Shown here: positions 1-10,088 of the stretch, piece by piece
Position numbering within the stretch: the stretch's first letter is position 1
Layout of the letters: each line of letters opens with the position of its first letter
From: Thermoanaerobaculia bacterium
GTDB lineage: Bacteria; Acidobacteriota; Thermoanaerobaculia; Multivoradales; Multivoraceae
Reading direction: 5' to 3'
NCBI GenBank assembly: GCA_965116955.1
Contig: OZ220742.1
Span: 3,038,542-3,102,541, forward strand
Length of the DNA stretch: 64,000 bases
Notes under the pieces: generated by a model
What the model was told of the DNA's origin: nothing
What the model saw: the letters and a program-made list of their open reading frames with translations, nothing else
Databases searched by the model: none
Program-made: the position numbers and the translations under genes

Positions 1-750
1 GACGGCCTGGCGGCGGAGGACTTCGCCACCGCCCTGCGCGAGGACGGCATGCTCGCCCTGGCCCGGCTGCAGCGGAAGCTGCGCCTGGTCGGGTCGCCGT
101 ATCGGACGCCGCAGGCCCTCGTCGGCGGTGCCCGGCTCGACGGCGGACTCTCGGCCGCGACCGGCCACACGGCGACGACCAAGGCGATGGGCAAGGGCTC
201 GACCCATGTCCAGCACCTGGCGCAGACCGAGGTGCCGCCGCGGCTGCTCGAGGAGTGGCTCGACCTCTGGCGCGACAAGTACGACATCGACGAGAGCTTG
301 CGAGTGGAGCTCCGGCCCCACGTCGCCGGCTCCGAGCTCCTCGAACTCAACGTCCTGGCGCGGAACGGGCGGGAGGAGTCGAAGGCGGCGAACGTCGTCT
401 TCGCGCCCATCCGCGACCGTCGAGAGCGGATGATCCTCTCGGTGCGCGACCAGAACACGTTCGACACCGACCTGAGGCGGCGTCGTCTCATGGCCGTGAT
501 GCACGTGTTCCTGATCCATCGCTACGGCGCGGTGTGGGTGCACTACGTGAGTCCGACGGACGACAACCAGCACCAGACCCGGCGCATGATCGAGCTGGGG
601 ATCTTCGAGAGCGCGAACACCGAGGTCGGCGAGATCATCGTGGCGGCGGTGAACCGGGAACGGGTCCGCGAACTCGCGGAACCGGACCGCGAGTCGCTGA
701 CGGCGCTGATCGAGAAGACCGAGCCGGTGCCGGTGCGGGCCGCCTCGTGA
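1..750 (+). CDS. hypothetical protein, 5'-partial (reading frame open from window start); stop overlaps next gene start (GTGA)
   Basis: Frame 1 is open from nt 1 to the TGA at 748-750. The sequence is non-repetitive and not low-complexity. No family recognised by eye. Confidence 0.5.
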   Translation, partial: DGLAAEDFATALREDGMLALARLQRKLRLVGSPYRTPQALVGGARLDGGLSAATGHTATTKAMGKGSTHVQHLAQTEVPPRLLEEWLDLWRDKYDIDESLRVELRPHVAGSELLELNVLARNGREESKAANVVFAPIRDRRERMILSVRDQNTFDTDLRRRRLMAVMHVFLIHRYGAVWVHYVSPTDDNQHQTRRMIELGIFESANTEVGEIIVAAVNRERVRELAEPDRESLTALIEKTEPVPVRAAS

Positions 751-3338
751 TCCGGGCCTGGTCGTCGAGCCGGGCCACGATCGCGATCGGGAGCCTTGCG
801 TCGGTCCTCTCGATTCAGGGTCTTCAGGCGCAGGACCCCGGGGAGAAGCAGGAGGAACCCCGGTCGATCTCCGAAGCCACCAGCGGCTTCGAGCATCTTC
901 CCGGCTTCCTCGACCTGTACTGGGACGCTCGCGGCGGCAGGCTGTTCCTCCACGTCGACGCCACCGACAGCGACCTGCTCTACGTCGAGTCGCTGTCGGC
1001 GGGGCTCGGCTCGAACGACATCGGTCTCGACCGCGGGCAACTCGGCGGCACCCACCTGGCGCGGTTCGAACGGGTCGGGCCGAAGCTGCTGCTGGTCCAG
1101 CAGAACACGCGCTTCCGCGCGGTGAGCGACAACCCGGACGAACGGCGGGCGGTCGCCGACGCCTTCGCCCGCTCGGTGCTCTGGGGGTTCGAGGTGGCGG
1201 CCGAGGACGACGACGGCGCGCTGCTGGTGGATGCAACGGACTTCGTGCTCCGGGACTCGCACGGCGTCGTGGCGCGGCTCCAGCAGCGCGGCCAGGGTAG
1301 CTACGGACTCGACGGCTCGCGCTCGGCGATTCATCGCCCGGGCGTCGCCGCGTTCCCACGCAACTCGGAACTCGAGGGCACCCTGACCTTCACGCTGCGG
1401 TCCTCGGATCGTGGGCCGGGAGCGTGGGTTCGTCAGGTCGCGCCGTCGCCCGACGCGGTGACCTTGCGCGTTCGCCACTCCTTCGTCGCGCTGCCCGAAC
1501 CCGGGTACGAACCCCGGCGCGCCGATCCGAGGTCCGGCTTCAACACGACGGCCTACTTCGACTACGCGACGGCGATCGACGAGCCCCTCGAGGCCGTCTT
1601 CATCGATCGGCACCGGCTGGAGAAACGCGATCCGAGCGCGGAACGGAGCGAACCGGTCGAAGCGATCGTCTACTACCTCGACCGCGGCGCGCCGGAGCCG
1701 ATCCGCTCCGCGCTGCTCGACGGCGCCCGCTGGTGGAACGATGCGTTCGAGGCCGCGGGCTACATCGACGCGTTTCGGGTGGAGCTGATGCCGGAGGGCG
1801 CCGACCTGCTCGACGTCCGCTACAACGTGATCCAGTGGGTTCACCGGTCGACCCGCGGATGGTCCTACGGGGGTGGGGTCACCGACCCGCGCACCGGCGA
1901 GATCATCAAGGGCCACGTGACGCTCGGTTCGCTGCGGGTGCGGCAGGACTTCCTGATCGCCCAGGGTCTGCTGTCGCCCTACGAGGACGCTGACTCGTCC
2001 ACCGAGGCGCTCACCGAAATGGCGCTTGCCCGGCTGCGCCAGCTTTCCGCCCACGAGGTCGGCCACACGATCGGCCTGATGCACAACTTCGCCTCCAGCG
2101 TCGACGGACCGGACGGCCGCGAGTCGGTCATGGACTATCCGCATCCGCTAGCCAGGTTGCGCGAAGACGGGACGATCGACCTGAGTGCCGCCTACGACGT
2201 CGGCGTCGGCGAGTGGGACAAGCGGACGGTCCTGTACGGCTACGCCGACTTTCCCGAGGGCGCGGACGAGGCGGCGGAACTCGAGGCCATCCTGCAGGGG
2301 ACGATCGATGCCGGCCTTCACTACATCAGCGACGAGGACGCCCGGCCGGCGGGCGGCGCCCATCCCCTGGCTCACCTCTGGGACAACGGCCGTTCCGCGG
2401 CCGAGGAGCTGCGCCGCCTCCTGAGTGTGCGCCGGGCCGCGCTCGACCGATTCTCCGAGCGGAGCATCCGGTTCGGCGCCCCGCTGTCGGAACTGGAGGA
2501 CGTGTTGACGCCTCTCTACCTGCTGCATCGATACCAGATCGAGGCGGCGGCGAAGATCGTCGGCGGCGTCGACTACAGCTACGCGGTGCGGGGCGACGGC
2601 AGGGCGCCGGCGTCGTTGCTGCCGCCGGCGATGCAGGAGGACGCGCTCGACGCGCTGCTTCAGACGGTCGATCCGGCCGAACTCACGTTGCCGCAGCGGA
2701 TACTCGATCTGATTCCACCGCCGCCCCCCGGCCGGAGCCGCGGCCGTGAGCACCTGCCGTCCCGGGCCGGACTGACGTTCGATCCGGTCGGCGCGGCCGA
2801 GATGGCGGCCGATCTGACGCTCGCCATGGTCTTCGACGGCGAGCGGGCGGCCCGTCTGGTCGATCACCATGCCCGCGCGGCGGAACAGCCGGCTCTCGGC
2901 GCCGTGATCGATCGGGTGCTGGCTGCGACCTGGCGCGCCGATCCCTCGCCGGGCCTCGCCGGAGAAGTCGGCAGGGCGGTCGACTTCGCCGCCCTGCGGC
3001 GGCTGATGGCGCTGGCGGCGGGTGTTCCGGTCAGCGCGCCGCCGAACTTCGACTGGCCGGTCGTGCCGGCGCGGTCGGGATCGTTCCAGGTCCGTGCCGA
3101 GGCCCGGTCCGCGCTGTCGGCTCTCGGGCAGTGGCTGGAGGAGAACCCGGGCGGGACCGACGAGCCCGCGGAGCGGGCGCATCGGACCTACGGGGGATGG
3201 ATGATCGAGCGTTTTCTCGAGGATCCGGGCTCGGTCGAACTTCCTGCGCCGCTGCGGGCCCCGGACGGTTCACCGATCGGCTGCGGCGTGGGTCACCACG
3301 GCGGCGAGTCTCTTCCGGCTCTTGCGCTGCCGCAATGA
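747..3338 (+). CDS. secreted zinc-dependent metalloprotease, HEXXH met-zincin of the DUF4953/DUF5117-type family
   Basis: [13 protein letters not shown] zinc-binding motif and ~860 aa length typical of this family. N-terminal signal-like segment [25 protein letters not shown] after GTG at 747. The 5' 255-746 part of the track ORF overlaps the upstream gene in another frame and is not counted. Start choice is inferred. Confidence 0.75.
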   Translation: MIRAWSSSRATIAIGSLASVLSIQGLQAQDPGEKQEEPRSISEATSGFEHLPGFLDLYWDARGGRLFLHVDATDSDLLYVESLSAGLGSNDIGLDRGQLGGTHLARFERVGPKLLLVQQNTRFRAVSDNPDERRAVADAFARSVLWGFEVAAEDDDGALLVDATDFVLRDSHGVVARLQQRGQGSYGLDGSRSAIHRPGVAAFPRNSELEGTLTFTLRSSDRGPGAWVRQVAPSPDAVTLRVRHSFVALPEPGYEPRRADPRSGFNTTAYFDYATAIDEPLEAVFIDRHRLEKRDPSAERSEPVEAIVYYLDRGAPEPIRSALLDGARWWNDAFEAAGYIDAFRVELMPEGADLLDVRYNVIQWVHRSTRGWSYGGGVTDPRTGEIIKGHVTLGSLRVRQDFLIAQGLLSPYEDADSSTEALTEMALARLRQLSAHEVGHTIGLMHNFASSVDGPDGRESVMDYPHPLARLREDGTIDLSAAYDVGVGEWDKRTVLYGYADFPEGADEAAELEAILQGTIDAGLHYISDEDARPAGGAHPLAHLWDNGRSAAEELRRLLSVRRAALDRFSERSIRFGAPLSELEDVLTPLYLLHRYQIEAAAKIVGGVDYSYAVRGDGRAPASLLPPAMQEDALDALLQTVDPAELTLPQRILDLIPPPPPGRSRGREHLPSRAGLTFDPVGAAEMAADLTLAMVFDGERAARLVDHHARAAEQPALGAVIDRVLAATWRADPSPGLAGEVGRAVDFAALRRLMALAAGVPVSAPPNFDWPVVPARSGSFQVRAEARSALSALGQWLEENPGGTDEPAERAHRTYGGWMIERFLEDPGSVELPAPLRAPDGSPIGCGVGHHGGESLPALALPQ

Positions 3339-4552
3339 GTGGCGATCGAGCCGTATCCCTCCGGCTGCCGGAGGTCGTGGCGGGGCTCTACAGCGACGAG
3401 GCGATGGAGGCGCTCGTCGATCTCCGGCGGACACTCCACGCAGACCCTGAACTCTCGCTCCAGGAAGAGCGTACGTGCACGCGTCTTGAGCGGACGCTGG
3501 ACGAGCTCGGTGCCGACGGCGTGACTCGCGTGGCCGGTACCGGCCTCGTCGGCCGCATTCCCGGCCGCGATTCGAAAGCGCCGCCGGTCGCCGTCCGCGG
3601 CGACATCGACGCGCTGCCGATCAAGGAAGACACCGGTCTGCCGTTCAGCTCGCGCAACGCCGGCGTGATGCACGCCTGCGGCCATGACGTGCACGCCTCG
3701 TGGACGGTTGCGGCTGCGCGCCTGCTCCGAGAGGAGCCTGCGGCGGGCGATGTGTTGATCCTGCTGCAGCCGGCGGAAGAAACCGGCGAGGGCGCAGCGG
3801 CGGTACTTGCGACCGGCGTTCTGGACGAGGTCGCGGCGATCTTCGGCGCCCACGTCGACCTGACCTTCGAGGTCGGACAGGCGATGATCCAACCCGGCGC
3901 CGTGGGTGCGGCCGCCGACCGCTTCGAGGTCGAGCTCAGGGGCAAGGGAGCGCACGGCGCGAGGCCCCACCAGGGCCTGGACCCGATCGCCGGCGCGGCC
4001 CAGGTCGTTTCCGCCCTGCAGACTGTCGTCTCCCGGCGCGTGCCGCCCGATCAGCCGGCGGTCGTCACGGTCGGCGCCATCGAGGCGGGCACGGCTCACA
4101 ACGTGATTCCCGACCGTGCCCTGCTCAAGGGCACCATGCGGTCGCTCGATCCGGCCATCCGCAAGTTGCTGGCGGACGAGGTACGGCACGTCGCGGAATC
4201 GGTCGGCGCGGCCTGCCGGCTCGAGGTCGAGGTACGGATGCTCCAGGGAACGCCGGCGGTGCTCAACGACGAGCGCGCGGCAGCCTGGGCCCGGGAGGGG
4301 GCGGTTCCTGTAATCGGCGCCGAGTCGGTCAAGCCGCTGCCGGTCGCCAACATGGGCGGTGAGGACTTCGCGTTCTACCAGGAGCGGATTCCGGGCTGCT
4401 TCATCCGAGTCGGCGCGCGGCGTCCAGGCGACCCCGTCGCCTTTGCCCACACGCCCTACTTCGCGCCGGCCGAGGAGGCGATCTTCGTCGGCGGGGCGCT
4501 GCTGGCGGCGGCGGCGCGGCGCGCTTCGGCCGAGCTTGCGGCTACTTCCTGA
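3335..4552 (+). CDS. M20 family metallopeptidase / amidohydrolase (hippurate hydrolase/aminoacylase-like)
   Basis: Motifs MHACGHD, QPAEE, GGEDFA are typical of M20D amidohydrolases. ATG at 3335 overlaps the upstream stop (ATGA), suggesting translational coupling. Confidence 0.8.
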   Translation: MSGDRAVSLRLPEVVAGLYSDEAMEALVDLRRTLHADPELSLQEERTCTRLERTLDELGADGVTRVAGTGLVGRIPGRDSKAPPVAVRGDIDALPIKEDTGLPFSSRNAGVMHACGHDVHASWTVAAARLLREEPAAGDVLILLQPAEETGEGAAAVLATGVLDEVAAIFGAHVDLTFEVGQAMIQPGAVGAAADRFEVELRGKGAHGARPHQGLDPIAGAAQVVSALQTVVSRRVPPDQPAVVTVGAIEAGTAHNVIPDRALLKGTMRSLDPAIRKLLADEVRHVAESVGAACRLEVEVRMLQGTPAVLNDERAAAWAREGAVPVIGAESVKPLPVANMGGEDFAFYQERIPGCFIRVGARRPGDPVAFAHTPYFAPAEEAIFVGGALLAAAARRASAELAATS

Positions 4553-5227
4553 TCAGAACGCGAAGACCAGGCCGGCGCTGACCAGGCCCTGGACCAGATC
4601 GTCGCGTTCGGCTCCGTAGCAGCAGCCATGGCAGCACCCGTCCTCGTCGCTGGTGTCGGTCACCAGGAAGCGTGCGTCCAGCCGCAGGCCGACGTGGTTC
4701 GAGAAGAAGATCTTGACGCCGCCGCCGAGACCCAGTGAGAAGTGGCTCTCGGACTCCGGCAGGAAGTCACTGTTCGGCGCGAGTCGGGTGACCCCGGCGC
4801 TCAGCGACGCGAAGGGCCGCACCTGGCCCATCGACGCGGTCCACGAGACGCCGGCCTGGTAGTAGCCGACGTCGATTCCGCCGAGGTGCGTGGCGCCGAG
4901 GAAAGGGCCCTCGTCCAGGCCGAAGCCGGTCTCCTGTTCGTTGAGGAAGAGTTCGATGTGGAGATTGCGCCGGATCGGGAATCCGATGACGACGCCGTCC
5001 ACCGTGGCGTCGTCGATCTCCAGATCGAGTCTTCCGAACTCGTAGTCGTCGATCTCGAAGCTGCCGAGGAAGCTGTGTCCGTAGTACGGAGTGATCTCGA
5101 AGCGTTCCTTCTGCGCGACGGCGGGTGACGCTGCCGCCGCCGTGACTACAGCTAGCAGTGCTGCCGTACGGCCCAGCGTCCTGATCAGGTGACGGCTGCG
5201 GTGTTCAAGGCGTCGGACTTGCGTCAT
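4553..5227 (-). CDS. outer-membrane beta-barrel protein (OmpW/OmpA-like porin family)
   Basis: Signal peptide after the internal Met (MTQVRRLEHRSRHLIRTLGRTAALLAVVTAAAASPAVAQ). Alternating amphipathic beta-strands and a C-terminal Phe. Start taken at the Met preceding the signal peptide rather than the track start. Confidence 0.6.
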   Translation of the reverse strand: MTQVRRLEHRSRHLIRTLGRTAALLAVVTAAAASPAVAQKERFEITPYYGHSFLGSFEIDDYEFGRLDLEIDDATVDGVVIGFPIRRNLHIELFLNEQETGFGLDEGPFLGATHLGGIDVGYYQAGVSWTASMGQVRPFASLSAGVTRLAPNSDFLPESESHFSLGLGGGVKIFFSNHVGLRLDARFLVTDTSDEDGCCHGCCYGAERDDLVQGLVSAGLVFAF

Positions 5228-5375
5228 GGTCGTCGATCCTCCTGAGGGGGCGAGCGACGTAGGTTGCAAGTTCCGGGCCGACGTTGCGCTTTGGAAACAG
5301 GGGCGGAGCGGCCGGTATCGGTCCACTGGGGAGGTAGTCAGTCGACGTCACACGAGGAGGAGCGGACCGCCCTGC

Positions 5376-5411
5376 CCCTGTCCCCGGTTTACGCAACCGG
5401 GGCGGACAGGG
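5376..5411 (-). terminator. GC-rich stem-loop immediately downstream of fabI stop (possible intrinsic terminator, no U-tract)
   Basis: Inverted repeat cccctgtccccgg / ccggggcggacaggg with a 9-nt loop, about 20 nt after the fabI stop codon. No poly-U, as is common in high-GC genomes. Confidence 0.3.
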
Positions 5412-5432
5412 TTTCGTGGGGAGGCGCGGCCT

Positions 5433-6296
5433 CTAGCCGCTCGTCGTGTCCCGGTCCGGGTGGCGCATCGAGGTGATGTTGAACCCGGCGTCCACGAAGT
5501 GAATGCCGCCGGTGGTTCCGGCGCTCAGGTCGGACAGCAGGTACGCGGCGGTGGCGCCCACGTCGTCGACGGTGATGTTGCGTTGAAGCGGCGCCCGTTC
5601 CGGCATCACTTTCAGCATGCCGCGCATCCCCGAGACGCCGGACGCGGCGAGTGTCCTCACCGGTCCGGCGGAGATGCCGTGAACACGGATGTTCTTTGGG
5701 CCCAGATCGACGGCGAGATAGCGGATCGAGGCCTCGAGCGCCGCCTTGGCGATACCCATCACGTTGTAGTTCGGGGTGGCCTTGGTGGCGCCGTAGTAGG
5801 TCATCGCGATGATGCTGCCGCCGCCGGTCATCAGCGGTTCGGCGGCGCGGGCGAGCGCGATCAGGGAGTAGCAACTGATGTCCAGGGCGGTGGCGAAGCC
5901 GGCGCGCGAGGTGTCGACCGTGCGGCCGAGCAGGTCTTCCCGGTTGGCGAACGCCACCGAGTGGACGAGGAAGTCCAGGCGGCCCCAGCGCTCCGCGAGA
6001 GTGGCGAAGACGGCTTCGATCTGGTCGTCGTCCGTTACGTCGAGCGGCTCGACGATCTCCGATTCGATGCTCTCGGCCAGCGGCCGCACACGCCGTTCGA
6101 GGGCGTCGCCCTGGAACGTGAACGCGAGCTCGGCGCCTTCCTCGTGGGCGCGCCGGGCGATGCCCCAGGCCAGGGAGCGCTTGTTCGCGACGCCGACGAC
6201 GAGGCCCCGCCGGCCGGCGAGCAGTCCCTTCGACGTGGCGCCGGCGGCTTCGAACGGAAGATCGCCGGGCGTTGATTCGGGCGAAGTCACGGGCAT
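5433..6296 (-). CDS. fabI: enoyl-[acyl-carrier-protein] reductase (NADH), FabI
   Basis: Collinear similarity to E. coli FabI ([33 protein letters not shown] versus [34 protein letters not shown]), SDR fold, ~280 aa. Confidence 0.9.
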   Translation of the reverse strand: [287 protein letters not shown]

Positions 6297-6344
6297 CGGG
6301 ATTGTAGCGCTCTACGGCGCAAGCCCCTAGACTGACCGTGGCAC

Positions 6345-7232
6345 ATGGTCTCCCTGCTCGGCATCGTGCTGGTGGTCGGCGCGACGCTCTGCTTCTCGCT
6401 GTTCGACCTGCTGCGCAAGAAGCTCACCGGTCGCCTGAGCGACGCCTTCCTGGTCATGGTTCTGGCGCTCGGCGCCGTGCCCCTCTACGGCCTGTGGGTG
6501 GCCTTGCAGCCGCCCGCCGCCGTGAGTGCCGCGTACGTGTGGCCGGGTGTGGCCTCCGTGGCGTGCAACCTGGGCGCGAACTACGGCTTCCTGCGCTCCG
6601 TGCGCCTTTCCGGGCTGAGCGCGGTGATCCCCCTGCTCTCGCTGACGCCGGTCTTCACGTCGCTGCTCGCGATCCCCCTGCTTGGCGAACTGCCGGGCGC
6701 CCGCGAGTGGTTCGGCATCGCGATGGTCGTGTTCGGCGCTCTCGCCCTCCAGTTGGGGGAGCGGACCGGAGAACGTCGCCAGCCGTGGAGACTGAGCGCG
6801 GGAGCGTGGTGGATGATCCTGGTCGCCTTCCTGTGGGCGTCGGCGCTGCCGCTCGACAAGCTCGCGACCGAAGCCTCGAACGCGGCCTTCCACGGCCTGA
6901 TCCTGCACCTAGGTGTCGGCCTGTCCGTGTCGACGCTCGCGCTTCGCGGCCTGCGCGAGGCGCCGGGCGTGCGCCGTGGCGGGGACTCTCGCGCGGGAGC
7001 TGGGCTCTGGGCTCTGCTCCTGACGGCCGTGGTCCTCGGCGCCGCGGCGCAGGGACTCCAGTTGCTGGCGCTGCAGCACGCCTGGGTCGGCTTCGTCGAG
7101 ACGGTGAAGCGGGGTATCGGATCGTCGCTGGCGCTGGTGCTCGGCCGCGTCTTCTTCGCGGAGCCGCTCACGCTGCGCAAGGTGTTGACGGTGGCCGTGA
7201 TCGCGGCCGGCGTCGCGGTGATGCTCTGGTAG
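6345..7232 (+). CDS. EamA/DMT-family transporter (10-TM permease)
   Basis: Highly hydrophobic 295-aa protein with a duplicated 5-TM EamA-like pattern. Divergent from fabI. Confidence 0.7.
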   Translation: MVSLLGIVLVVGATLCFSLFDLLRKKLTGRLSDAFLVMVLALGAVPLYGLWVALQPPAAVSAAYVWPGVASVACNLGANYGFLRSVRLSGLSAVIPLLSLTPVFTSLLAIPLLGELPGAREWFGIAMVVFGALALQLGERTGERRQPWRLSAGAWWMILVAFLWASALPLDKLATEASNAAFHGLILHLGVGLSVSTLALRGLREAPGVRRGGDSRAGAGLWALLLTAVVLGAAAQGLQLLALQHAWVGFVETVKRGIGSSLALVLGRVFFAEPLTLRKVLTVAVIAAGVAVMLW

Positions 7233-7243
7233 CTTGACGATCG

Positions 7244-8821
7244 ATGGCCTGCGGTTTCCTGGGTGACTATCGGCTCCGCCTGGCCGTCGTCCTGGGCCTC
7301 GTTGTCATGGGCTCCGGTGGTGCCGGCGCCCAGGTGTCGCGCCTGTCCCAGATCGAGTTGCCCGATGGCTTCTCGATCGGCTTCTTCGCCGAGAACGTCA
7401 CGGGCGCGCGGTCGCTCACGCAGAGTCCCGGCGGCACGGTCTTCGTCGGCACGCGGCAGGCGGGCCTGGTCCATGCGCTGGTCGACGCGGACGGCGACGG
7501 CGACGCGGACGAGCGCTATCGGATCGCCTCGGGCCTGAACTCGCCGAACGGCGTGGCCTTCCGCGACGGCAGCCTCTACGTCGCCGAGATCAGCCGCATC
7601 CTCCGGTACGACGGCATCGAGAACCGGCTGGACTCGCCTCCGCAGCCATTCGTGGTCACGGACCGGCTTCCGACCGACACGCATCACGGCTGGAAGTTCA
7701 TCCGCTTCGGACCGGACGGCCGGCTGTACGTGCCTGTAGGCGCTCCCTGCAACATCTGCAACGAGGCGGACCCGTACAACGCGATCCTGCGGCTGGCCGC
7801 CGACGGCAGCTACGAGATCGTGGCGCGGGGCGTCAGGAACACAGTCGGCTTCGACTGGCATCCTGGAACGCGGAGGCTGTGGTTCACCGACAACGGCCGG
7901 GACTGGCTGGGCGACAACAGGCCGCCGGACGAACTGAACGTGCTGACCTCGAATGGCCAGCACTTCGGTTACCCGTTCTGCCACGGCCGGGACATCTCCG
8001 ATCCGGAGTTCGGCTCGCTCGGTTCCTGCTCCGAGTTCCGGCCTCCGGTCCAGGAACTCGGACCGCACGTGGCTGCCCTGGGCATGCGCTTCTACACCGG
8101 CGAGATGTTCCCGGAGCGCTATCGCGGGCAGATCTTCATCGCCGAGCACGGGTCCTGGAACCGCACGGATCCGATCGGCTACCGGGTCATGCTGGTTCGT
8201 CTGGACGGCGGCGGACGGGCGACCGTGTACGAGGAGTTCGCCAAGGGATGGCTTCAGAACGGGACCGCCTGGGGCCGGCCGGTCGACGTCATGGTGCGCG
8301 AGGACGGTTCGCTGCTGGTGTCGGACGATCGGCTTGGAGCGGTCTACCGCATCGTCCACGAGTCCGGAAGCAGCGAAGAACCCGACCCCGAACCGCCTCC
8401 ACCGGACCCCGAGCCGGATCCTGATCCCGAGCCCGATCCACCGCCACCGCAACCCGGCGATCCCTGCGTGGCGAGCGAGGAGACTCTCTGTCTGCACGCC
8501 GACCGCTACGAAGTCCGCGTCGAGTGGTGGACCGGCGACGGGGAGACGGGTTCGGCCCAGGTGGTTCCGGAAGCGACGGACGACTCCGGCCTGTTCCGGT
8601 TCTTCGAAGCGGAGAACTGGGAGATCCTGGTCAAGGTGCTGAACGGCTGCGACACCAATGGTCACTACTGGGTGTACGGAGCTTCGACGACGACGCTGGG
8701 CTACGTGATCCGCGTCACGGACACGGCGACGGGCGACGTTCGGGAGTACCGGAACGAACCGGGGCGGTCGGCGGCCGCGATCACGGACGCCAGGGCCTTT
8801 CAGGACAGTTGCCGCCCGTAG
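7244..8821 (+). CDS. PQQ-dependent sugar dehydrogenase (soluble glucose/sorbosone dehydrogenase family) with PE-rich linker and extra ~110-aa Cys-containing C-terminal domain
   Basis: Beta-propeller GSDH-type motifs (NGVAF, HHGWKFIRFGPDGRLYVPVGAPCNIC, NTVGFDW, FTDNGRD, GYPFCHG, FIAEHGSWNR), a signal peptide, then the EPDPEPPPPDPEPDPDPEPDPPPPQPGDP linker and a domain with 4 Cys. Confidence 0.8.
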   Translation: MACGFLGDYRLRLAVVLGLVVMGSGGAGAQVSRLSQIELPDGFSIGFFAENVTGARSLTQSPGGTVFVGTRQAGLVHALVDADGDGDADERYRIASGLNSPNGVAFRDGSLYVAEISRILRYDGIENRLDSPPQPFVVTDRLPTDTHHGWKFIRFGPDGRLYVPVGAPCNICNEADPYNAILRLAADGSYEIVARGVRNTVGFDWHPGTRRLWFTDNGRDWLGDNRPPDELNVLTSNGQHFGYPFCHGRDISDPEFGSLGSCSEFRPPVQELGPHVAALGMRFYTGEMFPERYRGQIFIAEHGSWNRTDPIGYRVMLVRLDGGGRATVYEEFAKGWLQNGTAWGRPVDVMVREDGSLLVSDDRLGAVYRIVHESGSSEEPDPEPPPPDPEPDPDPEPDPPPPQPGDPCVASEETLCLHADRYEVRVEWWTGDGETGSAQVVPEATDDSGLFRFFEAENWEILVKVLNGCDTNGHYWVYGASTTTLGYVIRVTDTATGDVREYRNEPGRSAAAITDARAFQDSCRP

Positions 8822-8896
8822 CGATACTCTCGGCGCTTCCAGGTTCCCGGCACGGTGTTCCGGGAGGCACAGCTCACTCACCTCAGGAGTTACAGC

Positions 8897-10084
8897 ATGC
8901 TCCGTTCCGCGATTCCCGCGCCGCGCCGCTGCTCTTCTTCACGCGACACGATCCTCTGCTTCGTTGCCTTCTTCATTGCCCTCGCCCTGGTCGCCGGGAC
9001 CGTGTCGGCAGCCGAGGACGAGGAGGTCCGTCTGGACGCGATCGAGCTCCCGGCCGGATTCGACGTGGCCGTGTTCGCCTCGGGAATCGACCTTGCGCGG
9101 TCCCTTGCCCAGAGCCCCTCCGGAACAGTCTTCGTCGGCACCGGCGGGCTGCGGCAGAGCGACGCAGTCTACGCGGTCGTGGACCACGACGGTGACGGCA
9201 GGACGGACCGGCGCTACGAGATCGCCGCGGGCCTGAACCGGCCGAACGGCGTCGCGTTTCACGACGGCGACCTCTACGTCGCCGAGATCAACCGCATCGT
9301 GCGTCTCGACGACATCGACAGCCGCCTCGACTCGCCGCCGAAGCCGGTCGTGGTTACCGACGACCTGCCGGACAGGAGGCATCACGGCTGGAAGTTCATC
9401 CGCTTCGGCCCTGATGGCCGGTTGTACGTTCCGGTCGGCGCGCCGTGCAACATCTGCGACGAGGGCGATCCCTTCGCAACGATCCTGCGCCTGGACGACG
9501 GCGGTGCCTATGAGGTCGTCGCTCGCGGCGTGCGCAACACGGTCGGCTTCGATTGGCGTCCAGGCACGAACGAACTCTGGTTCACCGACAACGGCCGGGA
9601 CATGATGGGCGACAACGTGCCGCCCGACGAGCTGAACGTCCTGACCGAGGACGGCCAGCACTTCGGCTACCCGTATTGCCACGGGCAGGACATCGCGGAC
9701 CCGGAATTCGGTGACCGGAAGTCCTGCGCGGACATGGTGCCGCCGGCGCTCGATCTGGACCCGCACGTGGGCGCCATCGGCATGCGTTTCTACCGGGGCG
9801 ACGCCTTCCCCGAGCGCTACCGGGGCCAGATCTTCATTGCCGAGCACGGTTCGTGGAATCGCAGCGAACCGATCGGGTACCGGATAGTCGTGGTCCACCT
9901 TGACGGAGACGGCCAGCCCCGCGAGTACGAGAAGTTCGCCACTGGCTGGCTTCAGGGCAGCCAGGCGTGGGGCCGGCCCGCCGACGTGATGGAACGTGCC
10001 GACGGGTCGTTGCTCGTCTCCGACGACATGCGAGGCGTGATTTACCGCATCGTCTACAGCGCTACATCCGGCGCCGGAGAGTAG
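8897..10084 (+). CDS. PQQ-dependent sugar dehydrogenase, tandem paralog (no C-terminal extension)
   Basis: Shares the same motif set as the upstream paralog. ATG at 8897 is preceded by an AGGAG RBS. Has a signal/TM segment FVAFFIALALVAGTVSA. Confidence 0.8.
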   Translation: MLRSAIPAPRRCSSSRDTILCFVAFFIALALVAGTVSAAEDEEVRLDAIELPAGFDVAVFASGIDLARSLAQSPSGTVFVGTGGLRQSDAVYAVVDHDGDGRTDRRYEIAAGLNRPNGVAFHDGDLYVAEINRIVRLDDIDSRLDSPPKPVVVTDDLPDRRHHGWKFIRFGPDGRLYVPVGAPCNICDEGDPFATILRLDDGGAYEVVARGVRNTVGFDWRPGTNELWFTDNGRDMMGDNVPPDELNVLTEDGQHFGYPYCHGQDIADPEFGDRKSCADMVPPALDLDPHVGAIGMRFYRGDAFPERYRGQIFIAEHGSWNRSEPIGYRIVVVHLDGDGQPREYEKFATGWLQGSQAWGRPADVMERADGSLLVSDDMRGVIYRIVYSATSGAGE

Positions 10085-10088
10085 GGAC

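Noticed and set aside
543-3182. Long minus-strand ORFs (543-2144, 2148-3182) opposite the metalloprotease gene
   Set aside because: Low-complexity Arg/Gly/Pro-rich translations typical of antisense frames in high-GC DNA. The plus-strand frame has a clear HEXXH family match.
5226-8881. Antisense ORFs 5226-6275 (+) and 6581-8881 (-) overlapping fabI, the EamA transporter and the PQQ dehydrogenase
   Set aside because: No recognisable domains and Arg/Ala/Gly-rich composition. The opposite-strand genes have strong homology support.
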